Below are positions 46,116 through 55,746 of a stretch of 64,000 nt of DNA, piece by piece; positions within the stretch are counted from its first letter, which is position 1; each line of letters opens with the position of its first letter. A program made the position numbers and the translations under genes. The DNA comes from Nitrospirota bacterium. Lineage in GTDB: Bacteria; Nitrospirota; Nitrospiria; SBBL01; JAADHI01. Under the pieces are notes generated by a model, which was given only the letters and a program-made list of their open reading frames with translations, was not told where the DNA came from and did not search any database. The stretch is from contig JAJDBW010000038.1 of NCBI GenBank assembly GCA_029261155.1, positions 7,706-71,705 on the forward strand, in the 5' to 3' direction.

Positions 46116-46958
46116 TCACTCCTTAATTTGCGCTGCCCGGTTGCTTTCATAAGCATCTCTCAAAAAGATGTAAAGATCAAGTGCATCTCGTCGAAGACTC
46201 TCATATTCTTCCAGCCGAAGGGAGGCATCGTTGAGTCTCCGATAGGATTCCACGCCCAGGGCGATAAAGGTCCGATCCGTTCGCGATGTGCCTGAAAGGT
46301 GTATTTCTGGAATGTAGGTGATGGGAACGGCATAGGTATCTGGAATCAGTCCGATGGTGTCTCGCAGGTTTGAAGGCCCTAAAAAAGGGAGGACGATATG
46401 AAAGCCGGGTCCGACACCATAAAAACCGAGGGTTTGTCCAAAATCTTCCGGATGGGCTTCGAGCTTAAGCCAGGCTTCAGCCGGATCGAAAAAGCCGAGC
46501 AATCCGACCGTGCTGTTTACAAGGAAGCGGGCGGTTTCTCCCGCAGCTTGATGGTACTTCAACTGTAAAACATTGTTCACAAAACGCAAGGGGTAAAAGA
46601 GATTTTTGAAAAAACGGCGAATGCCAATTCGGCCGCCTTCCGGTACGACGAAGTTGTAACCCTTGGACACGGGTGAAAGCACATAGTCAAAAAAATTGTT
46701 GTTAAATTTCGTGATGGCGCGGTTATAGCCCGAAAGCGGATCGAAGACTGCGAGGTCGGGGACCGCGTCGAACTCATCCTCGAATTCATCGAAACCCTCT
46801 GGCGAGGTTTCGTTTTGCATGAGAACGGGCGGCCCGGTCAATTCGGAGAGGTCGGGTAAGATATCGACATGCCGCGGGGATTTTGTGCCTGCGCAGGACA
46901 CCATGAAGGTGATCAGGAGGACCAGTCCCATGTACTGGCTTATGTTGAATTTAGACAA
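46116..46958 (-). CDS. mlaA: MlaA/VacJ-family outer-membrane lipoprotein
   Basis: 280 aa with a lipobox-like LITFMVSCAG and the conserved DPLSGYNRAITKFNNNFFDYVLSPVSKGY...NSTVGLLGFFDPA. Confidence 0.85.
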   Translation of the reverse strand: MSKFNISQYMGLVLLITFMVSCAGTKSPRHVDILPDLSELTGPPVLMQNETSPEGFDEFEDEFDAVPDLAVFDPLSGYNRAITKFNNNFFDYVLSPVSKGYNFVVPEGGRIGIRRFFKNLFYPLRFVNNVLQLKYHQAAGETARFLVNSTVGLLGFFDPAEAWLKLEAHPEDFGQTLGFYGVGPGFHIVLPFLGPSNLRDTIGLIPDTYAVPITYIPEIHLSGTSRTDRTFIALGVESYRRLNDASLRLEEYESLRRDALDLYIFLRDAYESNRAAQIKE

Positions 46959-47040
46959 AAGAGGCTCCGTTTGCCGGGATGCATTTTCCTAATGTGCTCC
47001 GCGCTATATGGCGTGCAGGGTGCTTAAGGTATTCCTTTGC

Positions 47041-47958
47041 CTAGGGCGATCGCACTGCGCGCTTGTTCCACTGAATATAGGCGATGAAGAGCGATTCTAA
47101 AGTCAACCATCCGGCGCAGATTCCCATAAGCAAAGCCAGGTCGTAGTAGTTGGGAAGCGCGACTTTGAAGATGATACGTAAAAGATAGGCCAGAATTAAA
47201 AAATAGGTCAGCCCCATAGTAAAGCCCGGCCATATAAAATAACGGAGCAGTTCACGCGGTCGGGGTGGATTTTCGAGCGCCCATCCATAGGCCACTGTCG
47301 CAACGACACCGGAGACCAAACCGACCAAAACCGATTGATGCCGAGGGTCCTCTAAAAATAATCCCAACATCAGGCCGATAAGCGCGCTCCCGATGACAGC
47401 GGTTGAGACCAATAAAATAACTTTTTGGGGCGCGGCCCGGAGTAACTCGCTCAGGGGCCGGTTGTCGGGAAAGATAGACATTTTGGAATGGGGCGCTTTT
47501 TCCAAACCACGTAAATAGCCGATTTCGAAACCGTCACGCGCCGCCGCGCTGGCGACGAAACTAATTAAGGCGGCGCGAAAAGATTGGTAGCCGAATAGAA
47601 ATTCCACGATTCCCAGAATCATCCAATAGAGTGCGAAGCCGTATAAGAAACCGATTTTTATGGCGAGGCTGGTAAGCTCCTCTGGTCGTTCACGCCAGAG
47701 GTCTCTGAGGGGTTTGCCGAAGCCTTTAGCATAGGCATAGAGCACCACCGGAACGCACGCCAGGGCGGCCAATAGTCCAATAATGAGCAGCTTCGTCGCC
47801 CTGTTTTCGGAAAAAAGATAGTAGGTGATTACTAAGAAGGGGAAAAAAACCGCGAAGCCGCTCAAGAGAATGACGCGCAATTTTAGGCGTTTGGCGGACC
47901 GGTCGGCATCTAGTTTGCTGCCGTAAACAACTCGAAGCTTCAATCTGTGGAGCATCAC
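47041..47958 (-). CDS. polytopic membrane protein, unknown function
   Basis: 305-aa ORF with about 8 hydrophobic segments. No family recognised. Confidence 0.6.
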   Translation of the reverse strand: MMLHRLKLRVVYGSKLDADRSAKRLKLRVILLSGFAVFFPFLVITYYLFSENRATKLLIIGLLAALACVPVVLYAYAKGFGKPLRDLWRERPEELTSLAIKIGFLYGFALYWMILGIVEFLFGYQSFRAALISFVASAAARDGFEIGYLRGLEKAPHSKMSIFPDNRPLSELLRAAPQKVILLVSTAVIGSALIGLMLGLFLEDPRHQSVLVGLVSGVVATVAYGWALENPPRPRELLRYFIWPGFTMGLTYFLILAYLLRIIFKVALPNYYDLALLMGICAGWLTLESLFIAYIQWNKRAVRSP

Positions 47959-47997
47959 AAGCGGCTTGGTCCTCCCTAATCTAGGGCGAAGCTTTTC

Positions 47998-49464
47998 CTA
48001 AGGGGTTATCGCCAAAGCTTCCACCTTGCCGAGTACCGACAGAGGTTGATCGAATCGGGCCTCGTCTCCGACCGCGACGATAATAAGCCGATCTGGGTGA
48101 AGGTATTTTTTTGCGACGCGTAAGATCTCTTCCTTCGTGACCTTCGCCACATTGTCTCGATATTGATCGAGATAATCGGTCGGAAGATCAAAGTATTCCA
48201 AGGCCATCTGCCGCCCGACAATTTGCGAGGGGCTGGAGAAGGAGAAAATAAAAGAATTGAGAAAGGCTTCTTTTGCCGTACGCAATTCCTCATCCGTAAC
48301 CAAGCCTTCTCGAATGCCCTCGATATGCTTAATCATGGTCGAAATCGCTTGAAAAGTGGCATCCGTGCGGGTGGCCCCATAGGCCAGAAAAAAACCGCGT
48401 TCCAGTTTGCCGGGCTGAAAAACACTGCCGACGGAATAGGCCAGGCCCTGGCGGGTTCGCACATCTTGGAAAAGGCGGTTCGACAATCCACCCGAGCCGA
48501 GGATGTCGTTCATAATCGACAAGGCAAAAAAATCGGGATTACTTTGTTTGATCCCCAGGTGTCCCATGCGAACCTGGGTTTGCGGAATAGGCTTGATGAC
48601 CTTGTAGATGGCCCCTTTGTTTCGTTCAAGGACCGGCGCTACTTTTGGAAACACCACTTTTTTTTTCGGCCAGCCTGCAAAAGCCTTTTCGAGTTTGGCG
48701 ATCATCTCTTGTGTTTGAAAATCTCCCGTGATGCCGATGATCATGTTGTTGGGGGCGAAATATTTATCGTGGAATGCCGCAAGATCCACCCTTCCGATTG
48801 ACGCGATGGTCTTCTCGGTGGGCTCCCGCGCATAAGGATTTTCCGGGCCGTAAAGCTGTTTCCAAAATTCCCGGGTGGCAATGGAAGAAGGCCGGTCGTT
48901 TCGACGCCGAATATGTTCTAAGGCGCTGTTTTTTGCGATAGTCAGTTTTTCTTCTTCAAAAGTTGGATGCATGAGCATGTCGGCCAAGAGCGCTAGGCCG
49001 GCATCGAAATCTTTTTTGAGGATGTCGAGGGAGGCGCCGCCTGAGGTGTTGTCGATTCCGATGGAGACATGGGCGGCAATCCGATCGAGCCGTTCGTCAA
49101 TTTCGTCTCCACGATGCGTCCTCGTTCCGCCGGTGCGCATGACGCTTCCGGTGATGCCGGCGAGCCCTATTTTATTCGCGGGTTCGTAAATGTCTCCCGT
49201 GCGGATCATGGCCTGGAGTGTGATGATGGGAAGTTCGTGGTCTTCCAGGAAATAAAGGATCATCCCATTGGATAAGGCAAGTCGTTCAGCCTTCGGCGGC
49301 TGAAAGTCGATCGGGGCAAAGCGCATGGTCCGAGGATCGCCTGAAGTTTTTGTTTCGGCCTGGGCCTGAGGCAATGGGCAGAGCATTAGAATAGCAAGGA
49401 GAAGCGTTAGTTGAATGGGAAAGATTATTGCGAAACGGCCCACCTTTACTGGCTTGTGTCTCAT
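47998..49464 (-). CDS. M16-family peptidase homolog lacking the HxxEH zinc motif
   Basis: 488 aa with a signal peptide. The position equivalent to HxxEH reads GLAGITGSVMRTGGT. Overlaps the upstream M16 gene by 4 nt. Confidence 0.8.
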   Translation of the reverse strand: MRHKPVKVGRFAIIFPIQLTLLLAILMLCPLPQAQAETKTSGDPRTMRFAPIDFQPPKAERLALSNGMILYFLEDHELPIITLQAMIRTGDIYEPANKIGLAGITGSVMRTGGTRTHRGDEIDERLDRIAAHVSIGIDNTSGGASLDILKKDFDAGLALLADMLMHPTFEEEKLTIAKNSALEHIRRRNDRPSSIATREFWKQLYGPENPYAREPTEKTIASIGRVDLAAFHDKYFAPNNMIIGITGDFQTQEMIAKLEKAFAGWPKKKVVFPKVAPVLERNKGAIYKVIKPIPQTQVRMGHLGIKQSNPDFFALSIMNDILGSGGLSNRLFQDVRTRQGLAYSVGSVFQPGKLERGFFLAYGATRTDATFQAISTMIKHIEGIREGLVTDEELRTAKEAFLNSFIFSFSSPSQIVGRQMALEYFDLPTDYLDQYRDNVAKVTKEEILRVAKKYLHPDRLIIVAVGDEARFDQPLSVLGKVEALAITP

Positions 49465-50969
49465 CGCTCGTCCTCCATCTGTCCCATTCCGTTTTCCACG
49501 GGGCTTAATGTGGCGACGGTACGGTTCTTTTTAATAAAAGTTTTTTTCGCGACGCGCATCACATCCGCGCCGGTAACTTTGGCAATGGCGTCTCGGTTTC
49601 TTAAGACATAGCGCCAGTCTCCCGCCACGGCTTCGAAATAGGCCAGTTGGCCGGCCATCCCACTGTTGGAGCGAAGCGAACGGACGAGGGAGGCATCGAT
49701 ATTGGTGATGACCTTGTCCAGCTCGGCCTGACTCGGTGCCTCGGTTTTTAAACGCTCCAATTCGGCATAGAGGGCGTCCTCCAATTCTTTGGTGGTGTGG
49801 GGCGCGCGCGGCGTGGCCGATAGGGTAAAGAGGTTGTCGAAGCGTGCTCCGGGCGAACCGCCTGCCGTCGAGACGCTCACCGCGATCTTGAGTTCGACCA
49901 CGAGTTTTTTGTAAAGCCGGGAGGTGCGGCCCATCGAAAGCAGGGCGTCAATGACATCGAACACCGGATCGTCGGGATGATGGAGGTTGGCTTTATGAAA
50001 ACCGATCAGCACTTGGGGGTTCGCCTCGTCTTCGACCTCAACGCGCCGTTCGCCGCGTTGAGGCGGTTCGACGGTGACAACCGGTGGGGGCGGCGGCGTG
50101 GTCGGAATCTTTCCAAAAGAGGCTTCAAGCAGGGGGATGACTTTATCCGCTTTAAAGTCGCCGACCAGGGCGATGATTGTATTGCTTGGACCGTAATAGG
50201 TTTTGAAAAAGCTTTCGGTTTCTGTGGCCGAAAGGCTCCCCACATCGGAGGGCCAACCCAGAATGGGAAAGCCATAGGGGTGGGCGGCGAAGGCGGTAAA
50301 GAGGAAGTCTTCATAGAGCTTTCCGCCGGGGTTGGTCTCGACGCTTCGGCGGCGTTCTTCCAAGACCACATCGCGTTCTTTATAAAATTCGCGCAAGACC
50401 GGCTTGGCCATTCGGTCGGCTTCAATGGCGATCCAGAGCGGAAGCCGATTTGCCGGGAAGCTGACCATGTAGGTGGTCACGTCGTTTCCCGTCGAGGCGT
50501 TGAAGCCGGAGGCGCCGTTGCGATCGTAAATTTCCGAAAGCTCGTTTGGAATGACATAGTTTTGGGCTTCTTTTTGAAGTGCTTCGAACTGGGTGGCAAG
50601 GCGGGCAAGTGCTTTGGAATCCGCCATGATTCCTTTTCCTTCCTCAGCCCGTAACGCGGTGTAGGTTTGTTCGATCTGCTCGATCAATTTTTTCTCGGCT
50701 GGGTAGTCCTTTGTCCCGATGGTCTGCGTGCCTTTAAAGGCCATGTGTTCGTAGAGATGGGCGACCCCGGTCATGCCGTTTACCTCATTGGCCGCACCGA
50801 CCTTGTAAATAATGCGAAACGAAATGGTCGGCACTTGGTGCCGTTCAACCATTAAGACCCGCAGGCCATTGGAGAGGGTATGGGACACAACACGGTCAGC
50901 CAGGGTTTGCGCCGAAACCGGCAAGGGGATCCAGGCCAAGAGTGCCACTGCTAGTATCCATTTTTTCAT
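49461..50969 (-). CDS. M16-family zinc peptidase (pitrilysin-like), active subunit
   Basis: HLYEHMAFKGT inverted zinc motif. I place the start at ATG 50969 (MKKWILAVALLAW, signal peptide); the track start 51041 would overlap gph. Confidence 0.85.
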   Translation of the reverse strand: MKKWILAVALLAWIPLPVSAQTLADRVVSHTLSNGLRVLMVERHQVPTISFRIIYKVGAANEVNGMTGVAHLYEHMAFKGTQTIGTKDYPAEKKLIEQIEQTYTALRAEEGKGIMADSKALARLATQFEALQKEAQNYVIPNELSEIYDRNGASGFNASTGNDVTTYMVSFPANRLPLWIAIEADRMAKPVLREFYKERDVVLEERRRSVETNPGGKLYEDFLFTAFAAHPYGFPILGWPSDVGSLSATETESFFKTYYGPSNTIIALVGDFKADKVIPLLEASFGKIPTTPPPPPVVTVEPPQRGERRVEVEDEANPQVLIGFHKANLHHPDDPVFDVIDALLSMGRTSRLYKKLVVELKIAVSVSTAGGSPGARFDNLFTLSATPRAPHTTKELEDALYAELERLKTEAPSQAELDKVITNIDASLVRSLRSNSGMAGQLAYFEAVAGDWRYVLRNRDAIAKVTGADVMRVAKKTFIKKNRTVATLSPVENGMGQMEDER

Positions 50970-51000
50970 CGCGATTGCTCCATCGAATTCATAACATCCT

Positions 51001-51645
51001 TTATGAAAAAAGGGAGAGGAGGGCCTCTCCCGATTCGGCATAATAATCGAGGCCTTCCGCTTTCAGTGTTTTCGCATCGCCAAAACCATAACCGACACCG
51101 CAGGCCCGGATGCCCGCCGAACGGGCGGCATGGATATCGTTTAAGGAGTCACCGATCATTACGGCGTCTTCCGGACGAATACCGAGGGTTTCTAAGGTCA
51201 TCAAAATCATCTCTGGATGCGGTTTTAGGCGCACGGCCGGAGACGCGGCGAGGACGACATCGAAGTGCTTATCGACTTGAAGGCCTTGGACGATTTTCGT
51301 TGTATAATGCTCGGGCTTATTGGTGACGAGGGCTTTTTTCTTGCCGCCATAGTGATGCAGCACGGCTTCGATGCCGGGGAAAAGCCGGGTCTCATCCAGT
51401 AAATGGCTTAGATAGTGGGCCTCGAAGATTTGAAGCGCGTGATCGACTTCTTGGGCATCGTCTGAGGCGATGGCATCCAGGATTAATTGCCGAACGCCGT
51501 TTCCCACATAACCGTAAATCGTTTCGTGGGGCTTTTCTGGAAGCCCGATGTCGCGAAAGGTGAGATTAACCGAATTTGCGATATCCTGCTTCGAATCGAT
51601 CAATGTGCCGTCTAAGTCGAAGATAAGTAGTTTGACTGTGTTCAT
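51001..51645 (-). CDS. gph: HAD-superfamily phosphatase, phosphoglycolate phosphatase-like
   Basis: 214 aa with motif I LIFDLDGTLIDS, motif II VTNK and motif IV GDSLNDI. Confidence 0.8.
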   Translation of the reverse strand: MNTVKLLIFDLDGTLIDSKQDIANSVNLTFRDIGLPEKPHETIYGYVGNGVRQLILDAIASDDAQEVDHALQIFEAHYLSHLLDETRLFPGIEAVLHHYGGKKKALVTNKPEHYTTKIVQGLQVDKHFDVVLAASPAVRLKPHPEMILMTLETLGIRPEDAVMIGDSLNDIHAARSAGIRACGVGYGFGDAKTLKAEGLDYYAESGEALLSLFS

Positions 51646-51930
51646 TAAATGAGGGGTCTATCCTTTGTTATTTGGGCGTCTTCATACGACAGAAGACCCA
51701 TGACTGATACTAACGGGAAAAGGGCTTGAATTCAATCCCTTTTGATGTGCTCTTTGCCCGTGACAAAGTAAGACAAAGAGAAATAGATGTCAAACGCAGG
51801 GGATATGCGGAAAAGCAATTGGGTCTTGTTTCAATTCAGTGTATACTCTCCTTCCATCTGCAGGGTAAGTAACAAACAACAAAGCCAATGCCCTGCCCAA
51901 AGGCGATATTGCTAATCTGGGGGCTATGCC

Positions 51931-52080
51931 GTGGGAAAAAATAAGGTTAAGAAGAAGACGCCCATCGATCCAAATATACCAAAGTGCCCTTTTTGCGGCC
52001 GACGCATTTCAGTCAAGGTTGTTGATGGCAATCTTTACAATTGCGATCATTGCGAAAAGATGTTTGAAAAACCCCGGTAA
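51931..52080 (+). CDS. putative 49-aa zinc-ribbon protein (below the ORF-track size cut-off)
   Basis: A GTG start after a purine-rich CTGGGGG. Translation is VGKNKVKKKTPIDPNIPKCPFCGRRISVKVVDGNLYNCDHCEKMFEKPR, with a CPxC...CxxC pair. It is in a different frame from the implausible 106-aa track ORF. Confidence 0.4.
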   Translation: MGKNKVKKKTPIDPNIPKCPFCGRRISVKVVDGNLYNCDHCEKMFEKPR

Positions 52081-52855
52081 TCGATCACAGGCTTCGGTCT
52101 CTATTCTAAAAAAAAGAAGGCTGAATCGCATTTCTGCGCTAAAAAAATGCCTAGGCTGCCGCTTGAAACTAAAAGGTAAGACCTGTGCGACGAATAGGCG
52201 CTTGGGTTCTCCATCTCGCACGACCTTTGTCCGAAGTCCCTCCTAATATTATTTCCTTAAAATCAAGAAAGTCCTAAAAAAATAGAATTCGGCTCTTGCA
52301 GTCTCCCTGGTATTCCACGTAGGATCCGCATTCTTTTCTCCACAATATTTTCAAAGAAAGTGAGGCCTTTCGATGGCGGGGTAATCGCGTATTAAGAATG
52401 CACAAGCGGATATGCCAGATATTCGTGACCGAATGTATGAACCTGCACTGGCGCCTCTCGCGGCGGTGTTGCCCATCTCTAAGGTTGTACATAGGACCAG
52501 GCCTCACGGCGGGCGATTCCCTCACGCAGCATGTTCCCAAAATACAAATGGCAGTGGTGATACTCCGTAGAGCGAATACAATCTGTCGGGGCGAGGGCGT
52601 CCCGAGGGTAATGGGCAAAGCCCCGTCACGCTGGGCTTCTTTCTGTTGTTCGCAATTCTGAATTTTTGTTTAAGTGTCCAGCATGTTTTTCCATTTTTAG
52701 ACCGAATGGGCTCACGCAGCCAGGATTCATCGACCTTTTGTGCTGTGCTTCCTGTCTATTAATTTTTGGCCAATCTGTGTAATATAAACCGCTTTTCAAA
52801 TTCAAAATGCATGTTCTTGTTGGATCCGACGGACCCTTAAAAAAAGTGGAGACTC

Positions 52856-53746
52856 ATGCGTCCACACCAACTTTGCGTCTTCGGCGAAGTGCTCATCGAC
52901 ATTTTTCCCGAAGGCAAGCGGGTCTTGGGCGGCGCGCCCTTCAACCTCGCCTGGCATCTGCAAGCCTTTGGTCAGCATCCTCACTTGATTAGCCGTTTGG
53001 GCGAGGATGCAGCCGGACTTGAGATCCGCGAGGCCATGGCCGCTTGGGGCATGGGCACGGAAGGACTGCAAAAAGATGCGGATCATCCCACAGGTTACGT
53101 CGAAGTCAGTGTGAGGGATGGAGAGCCCCGCTATCACATTGGTTCGGAATGCGCATACGATTATATCGCAGCGGAAGCGCTCGACGGCTCCGCCTGTCGC
53201 TTGCTCTATCACGGCAGCCTGGCGCTTCGCAATCCACGCTCGGCAGACACCCTGTCCCGTTTGAAGGCAAAGGGCGTGGAGACCGTGTTCATGGATGTGA
53301 ATTTGCGCCCGCCTTGGTGGCGGCGCGAAGCGGTTTTGGCCCTGATCAAGGATGCCGATTGGGTGAAAATGAACCAAGCAGAATTGCAAGAATTCCATGA
53401 TGGACGTGGCAACTTCCGTCAAGAGGCTTCGGATTTTCGAAAGCAATACGGCCTAAAAGGCCTGATTATCACCCGAGGTCATGAGGGTGCCCTGGTGGTG
53501 AGTGAAGCTTTACCGCCAATCGAGGTGAAACCATCGACAAGCCCGAGGCAGGTCGTCGATACGGTGGGGGCAGGGGATGCCTTTGCTTCCGTCTTTGTGT
53601 TGGGCTTGGTTCACGCTTGGCCGCTCGAACAGACAATGATGCGGGCGCAAGCCTTTGCCTCGACCTTGGTTTCGCGCCAAGGCGCCATCGTCCGAGAAAA
53701 AGAATTCTATCAATCGTTCATAGACGATTGGGGTTTATTGCGGTAA
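52856..53746 (+). CDS. PfkB-family sugar kinase (fructokinase-like)
   Basis: 296 aa with N-terminal FGEVLIDIFP..GGAPFN and C-terminal DTVGAGDAF. Confidence 0.85.
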   Translation: MRPHQLCVFGEVLIDIFPEGKRVLGGAPFNLAWHLQAFGQHPHLISRLGEDAAGLEIREAMAAWGMGTEGLQKDADHPTGYVEVSVRDGEPRYHIGSECAYDYIAAEALDGSACRLLYHGSLALRNPRSADTLSRLKAKGVETVFMDVNLRPPWWRREAVLALIKDADWVKMNQAELQEFHDGRGNFRQEASDFRKQYGLKGLIITRGHEGALVVSEALPPIEVKPSTSPRQVVDTVGAGDAFASVFVLGLVHAWPLEQTMMRAQAFASTLVSRQGAIVREKEFYQSFIDDWGLLR

Positions 53747-53790
53747 GTTTTAATCGTTAGGAATCGCGTCGGCTTAATAAGGCTTTTAAG

Positions 53791-55746
53791 ATGTACGAAC
53801 AGCTTTCTCACTCTCTCCTCAACGAAATCCTGAATGAACTGAACCCGGACATAAAAAAACAACAACTGCGCCACTTTTACACGCGGCTGGGTGCGAATTT
53901 TTATGCGATCTACACCCTTTTTCATCAACTATACGGGCACCGGGAAGATTTCAAGCCTCAGGCGCTTCGCTTGGTGGAAACCCTGGCCCGGCAATATATG
54001 CATCGCCCCGAGGCGCTGAAGCTGATCGATATTGCGCGAGAAAAAGACTACAACTGGTTTTTAAGCCAAGAATGGGTTGGCATGGCGCTCTACAGCGACG
54101 GCTTCGCCGATAACCTAAAAGGTCTTAAATCAAAGCTGTCCTATTTTCAAGAACTGGGTGTGAATCTGTTGCACATTATGCCGCTGCTGCGTTGCCCGAT
54201 TGGGGCCAGCGATGGTGGCTATGCGGTCAGCGATTTTCGCGAAGTGGATCCGCGCATCGGCAGCCTCTCGGATTTACAATCGCTGGCAAAAAGCATCCGT
54301 GAACGGGAGATGCTCTTGGTGATGGATGTGGTCATGAACCATACCTCCAATGAACATGCATGGGCCGAGAAGGCCCGCGCGGGGGAGCGGCGGTATCAAG
54401 ATTATTACTATGTCTTCGATAATCGCGAAATGCCGGATCGCTTCGAAGAGACCCTACCCGAGATCTTTCCCGAAACCGCGCCCGGTAATTTTACCTGGGA
54501 CGCCGTCATGGGCAAGTGGGTCATGACCGTCTTCAACAACTATCAGTGGGACCTGAACTACAGCAACCCGGCGGTCTTCATTGAAATGCTCGACATCATC
54601 CTTTTTTGGGCCAACCAAGGCACCGATATCGTGCGGCTCGACGCCGTCGCCTTTTTATGGAAGAAGGTCGGCACCCTTTGCCAAAACGAGCGCGAGGCGC
54701 ATCTTTTGCTCCAACTCATGAAAGATTGTTGCCAGGTGACCGCCCCCGGTGTCCTCTTTATCGCCGAAGCCATCGTCGCCCCGGTGGAGGTCATCAAGTA
54801 CTTTGGAGAAGATGCTGTTATCGCTAAGGAATGCGAAATCGCCTACAACGCCACGACTATGGCGCTGCTTTGGGATGCAGTCGCCACCAAGAACGCCAAA
54901 TTGCTCAACCAAGGCATCCAAAGCCTTCCGAGCAAACTTGATCGTGCCACCTGGCTCAATTACTTACGCTGTCATGACGACATCGGACTCGGCTTCGATG
55001 ATATGGATATCCAGCGCGCGGGCTACGACCCAAAGCAGCACCGCCGTTTTATCGTGGACTATTTCACCGGTGCTTATGCCGATTCGCCGGCGCGCGGCAT
55101 GAAGTTCGGGCAAAACAATAAAACGGGCGATGCCCGTATTTCCGGCTCGCTGGCCTCCTTGGTGGGCTTGGAGATGGCCTTGGAGCGTAAGGACCCTGAC
55201 GAAATCGACAAAGCGATTCAGCTCATATTGCTCTTGCACAGCATTATTTTGTCTTTTGGCGGTATTCCCTTGCTTTACTATGGCGATGAAATCGGGACGA
55301 CAAACAATTATCGTTATTTCGAGGAGGAAGGCAAGGCGGACGACAACCGCTGGATACATCGTCCCAAGATCGATTGGAAGAAGGCGGCACTGCGCACACA
55401 ACATGGCTCGCTCGAATACCGCATCTTCGATCGCTTAAAAAAGATGATCGCCGTGCGAAAAAGCATTCCGGCTTTTGCCGATTACAATAATCGAGAATTG
55501 ATTCCCCTCGAAAATCCGCATCTGTTCGCTTTTCTGCGGACCGACCTCCAGCAGCCTTCACATTCGGTGATGGTGGTGGGTAATTTCGATGCCTCGACCC
55601 AAGAACTGGATTTATGTGCCTTGGGCACCCGGGGACATTTCCAATATAAAGGCATGAAGGATCTGTATTCCGGGACGTCTTTTGCGAATTTCAAAGACCC
55701 TCTCGTTTTCGATCCCTATCAGTTTTATTGGTTTTCGGATCAGTAA
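53791..55746 (+). CDS. amylosucrase-type GH13 glucosyltransferase
   Basis: 651 aa with GH13 catalytic blocks DVVMNHTS, DIVRLDAVAFLWK, FIAEAIV and YLRCHDDIG. The N-terminal helical domain resembles Neisseria-type amylosucrase. Follows a fructokinase gene. Confidence 0.8.
   Translation: MYEQLSHSLLNEILNELNPDIKKQQLRHFYTRLGANFYAIYTLFHQLYGHREDFKPQALRLVETLARQYMHRPEALKLIDIAREKDYNWFLSQEWVGMALYSDGFADNLKGLKSKLSYFQELGVNLLHIMPLLRCPIGASDGGYAVSDFREVDPRIGSLSDLQSLAKSIREREMLLVMDVVMNHTSNEHAWAEKARAGERRYQDYYYVFDNREMPDRFEETLPEIFPETAPGNFTWDAVMGKWVMTVFNNYQWDLNYSNPAVFIEMLDIILFWANQGTDIVRLDAVAFLWKKVGTLCQNEREAHLLLQLMKDCCQVTAPGVLFIAEAIVAPVEVIKYFGEDAVIAKECEIAYNATTMALLWDAVATKNAKLLNQGIQSLPSKLDRATWLNYLRCHDDIGLGFDDMDIQRAGYDPKQHRRFIVDYFTGAYADSPARGMKFGQNNKTGDARISGSLASLVGLEMALERKDPDEIDKAIQLILLLHSIILSFGGIPLLYYGDEIGTTNNYRYFEEEGKADDNRWIHRPKIDWKKAALRTQHGSLEYRIFDRLKKMIAVRKSIPAFADYNNRELIPLENPHLFAFLRTDLQQPSHSVMVVGNFDASTQELDLCALGTRGHFQYKGMKDLYSGTSFANFKDPLVFDPYQFYWFSDQ

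Noticed and set aside
49977-50654. 225-aa plus-strand ORF
   Set aside because: It is antisense inside the active M16 peptidase gene.
52300-52640. Riboswitch, RNase P, tmRNA or 6S identity for the GC-rich gap
   Set aside because: I compared it from memory with the cores of RNase P (GAGGAAAGUCCGGGC), tmRNA ends, TPP (CUGAGA...ACCUGAUCUGGAUAAUGCCAGCG), cobalamin (B12 box) and c-di-GMP-I. Only partial, unconvincing similarities were seen. I report it as an unexplained region instead of assigning a family.
52802-53446. 214-aa minus-strand ORF
   Set aside because: It is antisense to the PfkB kinase gene, which has clear motifs (GGAPFN, DTVGAGDAF). It has no motifs of its own.
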